Part shown: one piece after another, positions 47,070-57,720 of the stretch
Layout: each line of letters starts with the position of its first letter
How positions within the stretch are numbered: position 1 is the stretch's first letter
NCBI GenBank assembly: GCA_965231215.1
Contig: OZ246423.1
Location: forward strand, 672,001 to 736,000
DNA length: 64,000 nucleotides
DNA from: Candidatus Altimarinota bacterium
Lineage (GTDB): Bacteria; Patescibacteriota; Gracilibacteria; UBA4473
Direction of reading: 5' to 3'
Notes under the pieces: model-generated
Database searches by the model: none
What the model saw: only the letters and a program-made list of their open reading frames with translations
Told to the model about the DNA's origin: nothing
Position numbers and translations under genes: made by a program

Positions 47070-47935
47070 AGCTTCTGGGCCGCCCAGAGCTTTTGTATTT
47101 CAGCTTTAGAGGCTTCAAGGTATTTTTCATCGTTTCCAGCATAAAGTACAGATCGGCTAACAGGAATAAGTATGCCGAGTCCTTCTTTATCGCGAATAGC
47201 TAAAACATCTTCAATTTTCCCGCCTTGAGCACCGACTCCTGGGGCGAGGATCCAGGTTGATGGAGCTATTTTTCTAAAATTCGGTAATGCTTCTGGATGG
47301 GTGGCCCCAACGACCATACCAAAGCAGCTAAATTTATGGTTCATAGGTTTAATGTCCTGACTGGAATATTCTACGATTTTTGCCCAGTGCTGAGCTATAG
47401 TCTCACCAGTCTGAATTTGTACATCTTGTATTTGATTGGATGATCGATTGGAAGTTTTTACCAGAATAAATACGCCCTTTTCTCCATTATTAGTAGCTAT
47501 ATCAAAAGGAATAATAGAGTCAGTGCCCATGTACGGAGCAATAGTCACACAATCTCCTGCTAGGGGGGAATTTTTACCTAAAAAAGCCTCAGCATAAGCT
47601 TCACTGGTAGAGCCGATATCCCCACGTTTAGCATCCATCATGATGATGAGTTCAGCATGGTTTTTTCTTACAGAGGCAATAATATTTTCTGCAGCTCTAA
47701 CGCCTACTGATCCGAGGGCCTCAAAGTAGCCCATTTGGATTTTGATACCACAGACATAGTCAGCACAGGTATCCACTAGGTCAGTACAAAATTTTTCATA
47801 CACATCTGCTTTTTCCTGAAGCGATTCCCCGCTCTTTAAATGTTGAGGGATTTTTCCCCAGTGGGGGTCTAGCCCCAACATTAAACAAGAGTTCTTCAAT
47901 TTTATTACTTCCGTGAGCCTGTCAGAAAAGTGCAT
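47066..47935 (-). CDS. pyrF: orotidine-5'-phosphate decarboxylase
   Basis: GLDP, DAKRGDIGST, PYMG.D, TSN, VVGAT, PGVGAQGG, VSRS. Confidence 0.95.
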   Translation of the reverse strand: MHFSDRLTEVIKLKNSCLMLGLDPHWGKIPQHLKSGESLQEKADVYEKFCTDLVDTCADYVCGIKIQMGYFEALGSVGVRAAENIIASVRKNHAELIIMMDAKRGDIGSTSEAYAEAFLGKNSPLAGDCVTIAPYMGTDSIIPFDIATNNGEKGVFILVKTSNRSSNQIQDVQIQTGETIAQHWAKIVEYSSQDIKPMNHKFSCFGMVVGATHPEALPNFRKIAPSTWILAPGVGAQGGKIEDVLAIRDKEGLGILIPVSRSVLYAGNDEKYLEASKAEIQKLWAAQKL

Positions 47936-47950
47936 CAAAAGGAGTGTAGT

Positions 47951-48550
47951 TTAAAAATGAAAAACACGCCACTTGCCGTGTTTTGGTTTCAGATAAAAAT
48001 ATTCAGATTTTTTAGTCTGGATAAGCGGGAGGTTGTTATGGGTAAGAGTGGACTTCAACGCTTTAGAAATAGGGCCACTAGACAATAGTAACACGCCTTC
48101 TTGAGGCAGAGGGATGGTTGGAGGATATTGGCTACTTTTAGAAAGCACCCAAAAATTACTTTCAAAATTTATAGGCAGTTTGGGGTCTAAATTTTCAGGG
48201 GTAAAATCATCCGTAAAAAACAGTATTTGAGTCTCAGGAACACTGATTCTATACCAATTTGTAAAGGCTTCTATCTTTATCCGATTCTGAGTAAGAGCGG
48301 TATTTTTTTCTAGTTCAGCCATTGAAAAACTTCCTACGTTTTGTTTCCAGAAAGGCAAAAGTTTTCCTTTTAAACTCCTTATATCTTGATGTGTTTTGGC
48401 CGTATATACAAAACCTTCAGGATCGGCGATAGCAAAACTTTTAGGGGCCGCCCAAAGCACGTAAGTAGCGGATTTTTCTTGATGCCATACATAGCCCAGC
48501 ATTCCCAAAAAGAGAGCGGTCAGTATCAAGATAAAATGACTATTCTTCAT
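47951..48550 (-). CDS. hypothetical membrane-anchored protein
   Basis: N-terminal TM, 199 aa. Confidence 0.65.
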   Translation of the reverse strand: MKNSHFILILTALFLGMLGYVWHQEKSATYVLWAAPKSFAIADPEGFVYTAKTHQDIRSLKGKLLPFWKQNVGSFSMAELEKNTALTQNRIKIEAFTNWYRISVPETQILFFTDDFTPENLDPKLPINFESNFWVLSKSSQYPPTIPLPQEGVLLLSSGPISKALKSTLTHNNLPLIQTKKSEYFYLKPKHGKWRVFHF

Positions 48551-49457
48551 CTTCTTCTTCAGAGAGTTCTTTTTGTTTTTCTTTTAGGCACTCAAAGCTA
48601 ATGTACCAAACAGCCGTAGAAAAGACCAAAACCAAAGAGGTGATATAGGCCGCCAACACAATCATTCCCAAACTAAAGAAGATGGAAAGAATAAACGCTG
48701 TAGAGTTATTAAATACGGTCATAGCTGCGATAATACCAATGGGAACGCCTAGAATAATTAAAGCATTTACGACAATCCGGAACCCGACTAAAAACATCAA
48801 AAGCCAAATAGTAAGCGTCGGCCCCATATTCAGAAATACAAGCGCTGCACTGCTCTTGATCCCTTTCCCGACACGATTATTGTCTACAGCGATATAGTAC
48901 GGGGTAAAGCTTAAAAAGAGGTTCACCAGGATCGCAATAACAATATAAACCAATATTACGGGGATAAAGATATCACTCATAGCATCAAAATATCTCAGAA
49001 ATGTAGCCGAAAATAAAGCAATAGAAACGAGAGAAAATATGGCAGTTACGGCGTTTAGCTCAAACATAGGGAAGAAATGTCCAAGCCCATCAATCATGCG
49101 TTTTGGCATGTGTAGTTCTTTTTGTGGGTGAAGGCATTTATGTTTTACCGATAGAATCAAAATAGCCGTCACCAAAGGGGGAATCACAAACATAAAAACA
49201 AGCACAAAGAATATGGCCACAATCCCCGTCCCCCAAAGCCCATACTCGGTCAAAAACTGAATGAGGGCAGAAATATTATCCAGCGTGATATAAGAGTCCA
49301 AAACCTCAAATTTAACAAAGTATAAATAGACTTGCCAGGCTACCTCCAAAACAAAGATAAAGACAGCAAAAAAACTAGGGATAAAGACAAACCACTTAAT
49401 CTTTGGATTTTCTAAGGTTAAGGTCCACGCATCACGAATGATTTTTCCATAGTTCAT
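48540..49457 (-). CDS. hypothetical multi-pass membrane protein
   Basis: 6-7 TM segments; ATG at 49457 preferred. Confidence 0.75.
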   Translation of the reverse strand: MNYGKIIRDAWTLTLENPKIKWFVFIPSFFAVFIFVLEVAWQVYLYFVKFEVLDSYITLDNISALIQFLTEYGLWGTGIVAIFFVLVFMFVIPPLVTAILILSVKHKCLHPQKELHMPKRMIDGLGHFFPMFELNAVTAIFSLVSIALFSATFLRYFDAMSDIFIPVILVYIVIAILVNLFLSFTPYYIAVDNNRVGKGIKSSAALVFLNMGPTLTIWLLMFLVGFRIVVNALIILGVPIGIIAAMTVFNNSTAFILSIFFSLGMIVLAAYITSLVLVFSTAVWYISFECLKEKQKELSEEEDEE

Positions 49458-49546
49458 GATGGAATTATTGTAGTGATTAAGGGGAAAATGCAAGTCTTGA
49501 GGAGATTTTGTAAGGCGTGTCTTTGCCGTCCGTTCGTGAGTTCAAT

Positions 49547-49574
49547 AAAAAAATCCCGCATCGCGGGATTTTTT
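49547..49574 (-). terminator. intrinsic terminator downstream of fusA
   Basis: A7-TCCCGC-ATC-GCGGGA-T6 symmetric hairpin. Confidence 0.85.
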
Positions 49575-49608
49575 CTATTGACCATTGTTCGTTGTTACTT
49601 AAACCTTA

Positions 49609-51693
49609 TTATTCGCCTTTTCGTTCAGCGATAATCTTCTCAGCAACATTGCTTGGAACTTTGGTGTATTCTCCAAATTCCATAGTGTATGAAGCTCGTC
49701 CTTGAGTCATAGATCGGAGTTCAGTCGCGTATCCAAACATTTCAGCTAGAGGGATTTTGGCTTTTACAAATTTAGCCATACCGCGATCTCCCATTTCTTG
49801 TACCATTCCTCGTTTAGAAGAAACATTCCCCATAACGTCTCCCATGTAGTCTTCAGGAGTGATGATTTCTACATTCATCATTGGTTCTAGTAGTACTGGG
49901 TTAGCGCGTTTTCCACCTTCTTCAAAAGCTTTGATAGAAGCGATTTTAAACGCGAGTTCAGAAGAATCCACATCATGGTAAGATCCATCGTAAAGCTCTA
50001 CTTCAACGTCTACTACTTGGTATCCAGCAAGGATCCCTCGAGTAACGGCTTCTTTAAACCCTTTTTCACATCCTGGGATGTATTCATTTGGAATAGAAGC
50101 CCCTTTAATAGAGTTGATAAATTTAAGTCCGCATCCTGGTTCTCCGGGTCGGATTTTGATAAGTACGTGACCAAATTGACCACGTCCTCCTGATTGTTTC
50201 TTGTGTTGGTATTCGGCTTCTACTTCTTTTTGGATGGTTTCTCGGTACGCCACTTGAGGTTGCCCAATATTGGCTTCTACCTTAAATTCTCGTTTCATTC
50301 TATCCACGATAATATCGAGATGAAGTTCCCCCATTCCAGAAATAATAGTTTGGTTAGTTTCTTCGTCTGTTCGTACTCGGAAAGTGGGATCTTCTTCGGC
50401 TAGTTTTTGTAGAGCTAGCGCCATTTTTTCTTGATCGGCTTTGGTTTTCGGTTCTACAGAAATAGCAATCACCGGCTCAGGGAATTCCATTGATTCTAAG
50501 ATCACGGGTTGTTTTTCATCGGCAAGAGTTTCCCCCGTTTTGGCTCCTTTAAGGCCTACAACCGCACCAATGTGTCCGGCAGGGATTTCAGCAATTTCTT
50601 CTCGAGAATTGGCATGCATCTGTAGAAGACGTCCAATTCTTTCTTTCTGTCCACTGTTGGCATTGTATACATAAGATCCAGATTGGAGTGTCCCAGAGTA
50701 CACACGTACAAAGGTAATTCGTCCTACAAATGGATCGGTAGCAATTTTAAAAGCTAGAGCCGAAAGCGGTTCTGCCTTATCGGCTTTTCGTGTAATTTGT
50801 TTAGTTTCATCATCTGGGTCAGTTCCGATAGAATCTGGAATGTCCAAAGGACTTGGTAGGTAGGCCAATACCGCGTCAAGAAGCGGTTGAACGCCTTTAT
50901 TTTTAAGCGCAGTCCCTGTCAGCACCGGTACAAAGTCACCAGCAATAGTAGCTCTTCGGATACCCCCCTTTAGTTCTTCGAGTGAGATTTCTTCTCCTCC
51001 AAGGTATTTTTCCATAAGCACTTCGTCACTACCAGCGACAGCTTCAACCATTTTTTCTCGCCATTCTTTGGCGAGATCCATTTCTTCGTTTGGAATGTCT
51101 TCAACTCGAATATCTTTCCCCATATCATCGTGATAGGTAGTGGCTTTCATTTCCACTAGGTCGATGATGCCTTTAAATCCACCTTCAATCCCAATAGGCA
51201 GTTGGATTGGCCACGCATTTTTGGTCAAACGATCAGTAATAGATTCGTATGATCTCCAGAAAGAAGCTCCAGTTCGGTCGAGTTTGTTGATGAAACACAT
51301 ACGTGGAACGTTGTATTTATCAGCTTGTCGCCAAACGGTTTCAGATTGAGGTTCTACTCCGGCTACTCCATCAAATACCGTTACTCCACCATCTAGTACA
51401 CGCATTGAACGCTCTACTTCTACGGTAAAGTCCACATGTCCTGGCGTATCAATAATATTAATCTGACAGTCTTTCCAGAAGGCTGTAGTAGCGGCCGCAG
51501 TAATGGTAATACCACGTTCTTGTTCTTGTTCCATCCAGTCCATAGTGGCGTCTCCGTCATGGACTTCACCGATTTTATGAGATTTTCCGGTGTAGTAGAG
51601 AATACGTTCTGTACAAGTGGTTTTCCCCGCATCAATGTGGGCGATAATTCCGATATTTCGGACGTGCTTGAGTGGATAGTGTTTGTCGCTCAT
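49609..51693 (-). CDS. fusA: elongation factor G
   Basis: [41 protein letters not shown]. Confidence 0.99.
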   Translation of the reverse strand: MSDKHYPLKHVRNIGIIAHIDAGKTTCTERILYYTGKSHKIGEVHDGDATMDWMEQEQERGITITAAATTAFWKDCQINIIDTPGHVDFTVEVERSMRVLDGGVTVFDGVAGVEPQSETVWRQADKYNVPRMCFINKLDRTGASFWRSYESITDRLTKNAWPIQLPIGIEGGFKGIIDLVEMKATTYHDDMGKDIRVEDIPNEEMDLAKEWREKMVEAVAGSDEVLMEKYLGGEEISLEELKGGIRRATIAGDFVPVLTGTALKNKGVQPLLDAVLAYLPSPLDIPDSIGTDPDDETKQITRKADKAEPLSALAFKIATDPFVGRITFVRVYSGTLQSGSYVYNANSGQKERIGRLLQMHANSREEIAEIPAGHIGAVVGLKGAKTGETLADEKQPVILESMEFPEPVIAISVEPKTKADQEKMALALQKLAEEDPTFRVRTDEETNQTIISGMGELHLDIIVDRMKREFKVEANIGQPQVAYRETIQKEVEAEYQHKKQSGGRGQFGHVLIKIRPGEPGCGLKFINSIKGASIPNEYIPGCEKGFKEAVTRGILAGYQVVDVEVELYDGSYHDVDSSELAFKIASIKAFEEGGKRANPVLLEPMMNVEIITPEDYMGDVMGNVSSKRGMVQEMGDRGMAKFVKAKIPLAEMFGYATELRSMTQGRASYTMEFGEYTKVPSNVAEKIIAERKGE

Positions 51694-51851
51694 TTTTTGA
51701 GTTAAATTAATTTCAGAAGAATTTTAGTTATTGCGATAAAACACGCAAAAATTCGCGCGCGAATATAGAGATGTAGAGACAGAGGTCAAGGGGAAAAAAT
51801 ATTAGAATTGACTTTTTTGCAATTTTAATTTAAAAAACAAAAAATTTTCAG

Positions 51852-52463
51852 ATGACTTTATCAAATCCAGAGAAAAAACTTAGAAGTTCTACTTGGCCGG
51901 GTAGAAATGAAGATGCTGTAGAATTAATAACAGAAAAACTAGGAGGCAAGACTAATCTAAGACTATGTTTTATTGGTGCTGGGGCGGTTTCTTGTATTAT
52001 AAAAAAATTTCATCCACCAGGCTCAAAACATTCTTTTGGAGTACAACAAAAATTACTAAGATTTTCTTCTCGTATAGTTGATGATTTTCTCCGTAAACAT
52101 GAGCTTTATTCAAATCTTATTAGTTTTGAAGTCAAAGAAATTGTTGGTGCTATAGGTGTTGAGAATATCGAGAAAGTGTTTGTTTTAGATATAGATGAGC
52201 GAGTTTTAAGTGCCGTTAATGACGCATCATCTGAAATATCTAAAATCGTTTGTGATATAAATAAGCCTGGAAACGCTATCATCGATACAAAACCAGATTT
52301 AATTATTTGTCATAATGTTTTAAAGCTTCAAGAAGATATCAATAAAGCCTTTAGCCGTTTGGTAGAGGCTTGTGATCTTTCTGGTGGAGTAATATCGCTT
52401 GATAATAAAACCAGAGAAAAGGTTAAAGGAGAACAACTAAAAGGGGCTGATTTGGTTCTCTAA
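51852..52463 (+). CDS. putative class I SAM-dependent methyltransferase-like protein
   Basis: FIGAG, VLDID...L, CDI, DLIIC.NVL motifs. Confidence 0.55.
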   Translation: MTLSNPEKKLRSSTWPGRNEDAVELITEKLGGKTNLRLCFIGAGAVSCIIKKFHPPGSKHSFGVQQKLLRFSSRIVDDFLRKHELYSNLISFEVKEIVGAIGVENIEKVFVLDIDERVLSAVNDASSEISKIVCDINKPGNAIIDTKPDLIICHNVLKLQEDINKAFSRLVEACDLSGGVISLDNKTREKVKGEQLKGADLVL

Positions 52464-53284
52464 CATTTGATTTTTAAAAATACTTTCACAGTATCCTTCC
52501 AATCCTGCATCTGGGGCAGTTTGGTATTTTTGAGGACAGAATTGAGAGGGCGTTCGGCTTCAGCTCCAAAAGTTTGGGAATCGACGCGCTTGATGGTGCC
52601 TTTCCAGTGTTTGAGTTTAAGGAAATAGGCCGCAAAGTCCGCCCAACTGACAGGATCACCCGTATTTTGCAGGTGATAATGCCCGATCGGTTGTTTCTTC
52701 TTTATAAAATTTTCGATGATAAATTCGGCAAGATCTGGAGCGTAGGTTGGTCGACCAATTTGGTCGTTAATGATACTAAGTGCTGTTTTATTTTTACTCA
52801 ATTTTAGAATAGTCGAAACAAAATTTTTCCCCCCAGGGCCAAAGAGCCAAGAAGTTCGGATATTCCACCATAAAATATCACTCACTTCTAGCACTTCTTC
52901 TGCTTGTGCTTTTGAACGTCCATAGATGCTTTGTGGATCAAGTGAATAGTCTTCTGGAATTTCTATGTTTTTTGGGGCATTAAAGACATAATCTGTTGAG
53001 AAGTGGATCATTGGAATGCCACTTTTAGTGATGTTTCTTACCGCATCGACATTCAGAGCAAAGCAGTTATCTTTGTCTCCTTCCGCTCGGTCTACGTGGG
53101 TGTAAGCGGCACAGTTGATGATTAGATCGGGTTTTTCTCTCTCTAAAAATTGGATAACTGATGCAAAGTTAAGCAGTTGTACTTCTAATCGTTTTGGAGT
53201 GATAAGCTCAAAGGAAGTATTTTTTAATTGGGATTTGAATTCGGACCCGAGAAGACCCGTTGATCCAAAGAGACAGATTTTCAT
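52460..53284 (-). CDS. rfbD: dTDP-4-dehydrorhamnose reductase
   Basis: GSTGLLG, NCAAYT.VD.AE, STDYVF, YG.SK, DQ.GRPT; ATG at 53284. Confidence 0.95.
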   Translation of the reverse strand: MKICLFGSTGLLGSEFKSQLKNTSFELITPKRLEVQLLNFASVIQFLEREKPDLIINCAAYTHVDRAEGDKDNCFALNVDAVRNITKSGIPMIHFSTDYVFNAPKNIEIPEDYSLDPQSIYGRSKAQAEEVLEVSDILWWNIRTSWLFGPGGKNFVSTILKLSKNKTALSIINDQIGRPTYAPDLAEFIIENFIKKKQPIGHYHLQNTGDPVSWADFAAYFLKLKHWKGTIKRVDSQTFGAEAERPLNSVLKNTKLPQMQDWKDTVKVFLKIKC

Positions 53285-53457
53285 AGTTTTATAATAGATT
53301 ATTTTGTTATATCTGCGAAGGGAGGAATTCAATTTTCTCTGAATCTCGGACTAAGTTTGGAATAATATAGAGAAATAACAAAGAATCTTTTAAAACCTTG
53401 ATAGATCTGAGAACAGAATTATTTGCTCAATCTCATTTTTGGGCATATGATTGTCTT

Positions 53458-53829
53458 ATGAATAGACCAAAAACGGTAATAGTCTTGAGTGTTCTCTTTT
53501 TTCTGTATTTTCTTTATTTGTTATTTCAAGTGGTTAATTATGTTTTAGCATTTGGGGTATTTGAGCTTTTTGGCGCGGGAATTTTTGGACTTCTTATCAC
53601 CGTTATGGTTGGCTTGCTGTGTTTTGGGCTTTGGTTCTTGAAAAGTTGGCTTCCTAAAGTTCTTTATTTAACAACATTGGTTGTTGTAGGAAGAACTATT
53701 TTTATTTCACTCTTTAACGAAGACGTACCCTTTTACTTTTCCCTGGCTATAATATTGGTTTTGCACTCTGTTTATTTCTTTGCAATATTTTACGTCCATA
53801 AAAACAAGAATTTATTTGTTAATCGCTAA
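53458..53829 (+). CDS. hypothetical membrane protein (4 TM)
   Basis: hydrophobic ORF, MNRPK start. Confidence 0.7.
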   Translation: MNRPKTVIVLSVLFFLYFLYLLFQVVNYVLAFGVFELFGAGIFGLLITVMVGLLCFGLWFLKSWLPKVLYLTTLVVVGRTIFISLFNEDVPFYFSLAIILVLHSVYFFAIFYVHKNKNLFVNR

Positions 53830-53860
53830 AGAAAAAAACTGAAGTTTCCTTCAGTCTTTT
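53828..53860 (-). terminator. terminator downstream of rnpB
   Basis: minus strand ACTGAAG-GAAA-CTTCAGT plus T-run. Confidence 0.75.
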
Positions 53861-53863
53861 AGT

Positions 53864-54230
53864 ACTCTTTTTCTGATAAGCCGAGTTCTGTTTTTCAGGC
53901 AAAATTTATCTGGGATTACCATTGCTGATAACCTCAAGCAACTGGACCAAAATGAGATCAAAACTTGAATACAAAGCTTCCAAATTTTGGACCACCAGCC
54001 TTGCTACCGTTTGGGTTTACCAGATTTCAAGCCTTGCGACTTGAGCCTCCTGACTTTCAGGACTTTTCACCAGTTTCCTCACATAAGTGAGGCGCTGTAT
54101 TGTTTCTGTGGCACTTTCCCTCACCAGACATTGCTGAATGATGGATCGGCTGTTAGCCGTAAACGTGTATTCGTGTAGCTCGGACTTTCCTCCACTAGTT
54201 TATACTAGCAGTATTGCCTCTCAAAAGAGC
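53864..54230 (-). ncRNA. rnpB: RNase P RNA
   Basis: minus strand has GAGGAAAGTCCGAGC near the 5' end and ACAGAACTCGGCTTA near the 3' end (P4), with CTCTTTT/AAAAGAG P1 pairing. Confidence 0.95.
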
Positions 54231-54273
54231 CATTGCGTTTTATCTAAAAAAGAATCAAAAGTAAAGTCGATGA

Positions 54274-54447
54274 TGCTTGTTGATCCATCTCTTTGTTTCT
54301 TGTTGTGATCAAAAAAATATAAGTGGCTCCTGGGATTATCCAGAAAGACCTGTTAGTTGGGAAAAGAATGGAGGGATTCTTGAAAAAAAAGCACTTTATG
54401 AGGGTTGCTTGCTTCGCTATTATTGGATTGATATCGATATAGATTAA
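54274..54447 (+). pseudogene. C-terminal fragment of a GNAT acetyltransferase
   Basis: reads CCDQKNISGS...EKNGGILEK...LRYYWIDID*, with no 5' part. Confidence 0.5.
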
Positions 54448-54531
54448 AGATTTTTTTAGTATTGACTGGCTATAAGATTCTTGTGTTTTTTTGAAGAAAG
54501 GTTAAGAGTAAGATCCCAAATAAGTTAGTAA

Positions 54532-55050
54532 ATGGAAATTTCAGAGTCTCGAGAATTTCAGGAGTGTTTAAGACAGTTAGAAATGGCTTTTCGAGTACAT
54601 AATTTGCAAAAAGCCTGTCGTGCACAGAGAGGGCTTGATTCAAGCCTAAAGGTTCGGTCGATAGATTCGTGGTTTTCGTGGATTCGAAAGGGGCTTTATT
54701 ATGTTTATGAGGAGGCAGGGGAGATGATTGCTACTTTCTACCTGCAGGATTGTGGGGACAATGTTTTTCGGGTTGGCGGTATGTGTTCTCTAAAAAAAGG
54801 ACATTTCAACCGTTCGGTTTTAAAAAAACAGCTTGAGATACATAAAACAAAGACCTTGGTACTTCAGACCTATCCTCGGTTGGCTAGGTCGTTTGTAGTA
54901 CCGCTTGGGTTTGAGGAGCTTTCAGTCTCAGAATTTGAGAGAAAATATCCAGAAATATTTAAGGCCTATCGTGCAACAGAATCAGAATCTGAGACAGCGC
55001 TAGCTGAAAAAGAAATTGAAAAATATTATTTAAAATTTCCGACGTCATGA
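54532..55050 (+). CDS. putative GNAT-fold protein
   Basis: YYVYEEAGEMIATF, FRVGGMC, LVLQT...A..F...LGF. Confidence 0.55.
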   Translation: MEISESREFQECLRQLEMAFRVHNLQKACRAQRGLDSSLKVRSIDSWFSWIRKGLYYVYEEAGEMIATFYLQDCGDNVFRVGGMCSLKKGHFNRSVLKKQLEIHKTKTLVLQTYPRLARSFVVPLGFEELSVSEFERKYPEIFKAYRATESESETALAEKEIEKYYLKFPTS

Positions 55051-56726
55051 ACGATAGATTTGTAGAAGACGTAAAATCACGAGTGGACTTAGTAGAAATT
55101 GTCCGCAAATATGCGGATGTAAAGAAGTCCGGTAAAAACTATATGTGTCGGAGTCCTTTTCGGAATGAAAAAACGCCGAGTTTTTCTATCAGCCAGGAAA
55201 AGCAAATGTGGTATGATTTTGGTGCGAGTGAGGGGGGAGACGCCATCTCGTTTATAGAAAAAATAGAGAACTGTTCTTTCCGCGAAGCCGTAGAAACCTT
55301 AGCTGATATAGCAGGTATAGAGGTTCCCAAAGATTTCGGCATCGAAAAAGGCCCTACCAAAGATGAGAAGAAAGATATTTATGCGCTCCATCACAAAGCA
55401 GCTGACTTTTTTGCCAATCAGTGGCAAAAACATGAGAACGCTCAAGATTATTGCATAAATCGAGGAGTGACCCCTGAAATTGTAAAAAAATGGCACCTAG
55501 GATATGGTGGGGATGGGCAGGATAAAAGTGAGTTAACTAAGTTTTTGATGCATTCTGGTTTTTCTGAAAGTCTTATCCAGCAATCTGGAGTAGCCTTTGA
55601 AAGATCTTTTGGAGATAAATCTATGATGGATCGGTTTTGGGGAAGAATTATGATTCCTATTCGTGAACCGAGGGATGGCCAAATTATCGCTTTTTCTGGG
55701 AGAGATATCCTCAACCGTGAAAAAGTAGGGAAATATGTAAATTCACCAGAAAATCCAGTATACCACAAATCTTCCACTCTTTTTGGGTTAGACCGGGCCA
55801 GAATTTCGATTCGTGAAAAAGACCAGGTGATTCTGGTTGAAGGGAATTTGGATGTGATATTTGCTCATGAAAGAGGATTTGATAATACCGTGGCCACCTG
55901 TGGTACGGCACTAACAGAAGACCATCTACGAATGTTAAAGCGATTTACCAAAAACTTTTACCTAGCTTTTGACAATGATCTAGCGGGAAAAAAAGCAACT
56001 CTAAAGGGAGTAGAAATGTGTTTGCGGGCAGAGCTAAACCCTTATGTGATTTCACTAGAAAAAGTAAAAGACTTTGGAGATTTTTTAGCCGATCCTTCCA
56101 ACGCTGAAGCGCTTGAAGAAATGATTGCTGACACCAAACCCGCTTTAGAATTTTTCTTGGATCGGTTTGCGCTCAAAAACCTTGATGGTTCTATCGATGG
56201 AGAAAAGAACTTTCTGGATAGTTTTTTCTATTTTCTCAAGCTTGTACATCGTCCATTGGAAGTAGATGCATACCTCACTCAAGTAGCGGAAAAGCTTAAA
56301 CGAAACAAATCGGTTATTGAGGCTGAATTTAAAAAATTCTCTGGGATGAACCAGCGCTATATGAAACCTAAATATCAGGCAGAAAAATCAGTTAAATTCA
56401 CGCGTGAAGAAAGCTTTGTAGGCTTCCTTTTTGCTTTTTGGGATCAGTTTTCAGATAAAATTATGCCTCAGAAAGAAACCTTTTTGGAACTGTTTTTAGA
56501 ATCAACCCCTCACCATATTTTATCTAAAAAGTTAGAAGGAGCAGAGCTTGAATCCTCAGAAAAAAGCCAGGTTCTGGCCTGGCAGATGTGGCAAGAGAAC
56601 TCATTCCAAGAAGAAGTGCCCTCAGAGGCTGTACTAGAAGAAATGTTTAAATTTTTTGGGCAAATGCTCAAAAATGAAAAGGTAAAAAAAGAGAGATTAG
56701 AAGCGGCAAAAAATATAAAAGTTTAA
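55047..56726 (+). CDS. dnaG: DNA primase
   Basis: SPFRNEKTPSF zinc-domain variant, RIMIPI, KYVNSPE, VEG.LD, FDNDLAG TOPRIM. Confidence 0.97.
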   Translation: MNDRFVEDVKSRVDLVEIVRKYADVKKSGKNYMCRSPFRNEKTPSFSISQEKQMWYDFGASEGGDAISFIEKIENCSFREAVETLADIAGIEVPKDFGIEKGPTKDEKKDIYALHHKAADFFANQWQKHENAQDYCINRGVTPEIVKKWHLGYGGDGQDKSELTKFLMHSGFSESLIQQSGVAFERSFGDKSMMDRFWGRIMIPIREPRDGQIIAFSGRDILNREKVGKYVNSPENPVYHKSSTLFGLDRARISIREKDQVILVEGNLDVIFAHERGFDNTVATCGTALTEDHLRMLKRFTKNFYLAFDNDLAGKKATLKGVEMCLRAELNPYVISLEKVKDFGDFLADPSNAEALEEMIADTKPALEFFLDRFALKNLDGSIDGEKNFLDSFFYFLKLVHRPLEVDAYLTQVAEKLKRNKSVIEAEFKKFSGMNQRYMKPKYQAEKSVKFTREESFVGFLFAFWDQFSDKIMPQKETFLELFLESTPHHILSKKLEGAELESSEKSQVLAWQMWQENSFQEEVPSEAVLEEMFKFFGQMLKNEKVKKERLEAAKNIKV

Positions 56727-56732
56727 AAACCG

Positions 56733-56793
56733 AAACCCCCTTAACCCCCTGTTTGGCTAAAGAGGGGGGAATTTTACAGCGTGAAGTGGGGGT
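56733..56793. repeat. REP-like GC-rich palindrome
   Basis: ACCCCCTTAACCCCCT-GTTTGGCTAAAG-AGGGGG...GTGGGGGT between dnaG and smpB. Confidence 0.4.
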
Positions 56794-56841
56794 ATCCAGT
56801 TTTGGCTCAGGAAGCGTTTTCATTGGTAATTATGGTTCATA

Positions 56842-57303
56842 TTGAGTAAAAAGGATTCGATGATTTTAGCCGATAACCGAAAAGCGCGTTTTGATTATGA
56901 AATCCTCCAAACTCTAGAAGCGGGAATAGTGCTTGAGGGATGGGAGGTGAAGTCTCTGCGTGCCGGGAATGCGAACCTTAAGAGTTCCTGGATTAGTATT
57001 CAGAACGGAGAAGCCTACCTAAAAAACTGTAAAGTGGCCGTCTGGCGTTACGGGACAGATTCCCAGCAAGATCCTCTCAGAGAGCGGAAACTCCTCTTAC
57101 ACAAAAACGAAATTTTAAAGTTAGAACAGCAGGTTTTAGAAAAAAAAGTTACCATCGTGCCGCTTAAACTCTATCTAAGCATGGGCAAAATTAAATGCGA
57201 AATTGCCCTAGGGAAAGGTCGTCAAAAATATGAAAAAAAACAAGTCCTCAAAGAACGTTCTGTAGACAGGGAAATACAGAAAGTGATTAAGAATATGCGG
57301 TAA
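56842..57303 (+). CDS. smpB: SsrA-binding protein
   Basis: NRKARFDY, EAGIVL.G.EVKSLR, RKLLLHK, VPLKLY. Confidence 0.97.
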   Translation: MSKKDSMILADNRKARFDYEILQTLEAGIVLEGWEVKSLRAGNANLKSSWISIQNGEAYLKNCKVAVWRYGTDSQQDPLRERKLLLHKNEILKLEQQVLEKKVTIVPLKLYLSMGKIKCEIALGKGRQKYEKKQVLKERSVDREIQKVIKNMR

Positions 57304-57466
57304 TAAAAATTTGCCAAATCTAATAAAATATCTATATTCGCCCGTGCTTTTTGCAAATTTGTCGAACAAAAGTGGAGAATGTAAGGGCCCTTTTGTGAGG
57401 AGCGGAAGACAGGATCTAATGCTGGCCGTAATTTCAATTGCTAAAGCATAGAGCCCTTAATGACGA

Positions 57467-57541
57467 TCCCGGGTAGCTCAGTGGTAGAGCAATTGGCTGT
57501 TAACCAATTGGCCGTCGGTTCGAGCCCGACCCCGGGAGCCA
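57467..57541 (+). tRNA. tRNA-Asn(GTT)
   Basis: TCCCGGG/CCCGGGA acceptor, ATTGG-CTGTTAA-CCAAT, GGTTCGAGCC, CCA. Confidence 0.96.
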
Positions 57542-57720
57542 TTCTTTTGTCTCTGACAAGTTCAGTAACACATCAAACGGTTCGCGTAAGTCGTGCATTA
57601 GCTTACCGTCTTTTAGACGTAAGTTCGAAGTGACTAGATTTAAAAGTTGCTGCTTACGAGCTTCTGTCGCGTGTCTAAATAACGGTCCTGCTCGTTGAGC
57701 GAGGTCTAGTATGGTTAACC
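57500..57720 (-). pseudogene. C-terminal remnant of a large serine recombinase overlapping tRNA-Asn
   Basis: LTILDLAQRAGPLFRHATEARKQQLLNLVTSNLRLKDGKLMHDLREPFDVLLNLSETKEWLPGSGSNRRPIG*; last codons are the antisense of the tRNA 3' half. Confidence 0.7.

Noticed and set aside
49609-51693. fusA outside the rpsL-rpsG-fusA-tuf operon as a novelty
   Set aside because: The sequence is canonical EF-G and operon splitting alone is not remarkable.
53987-54178. 63-aa plus-strand ORF
   Set aside because: Antisense to RNase P RNA; spurious.
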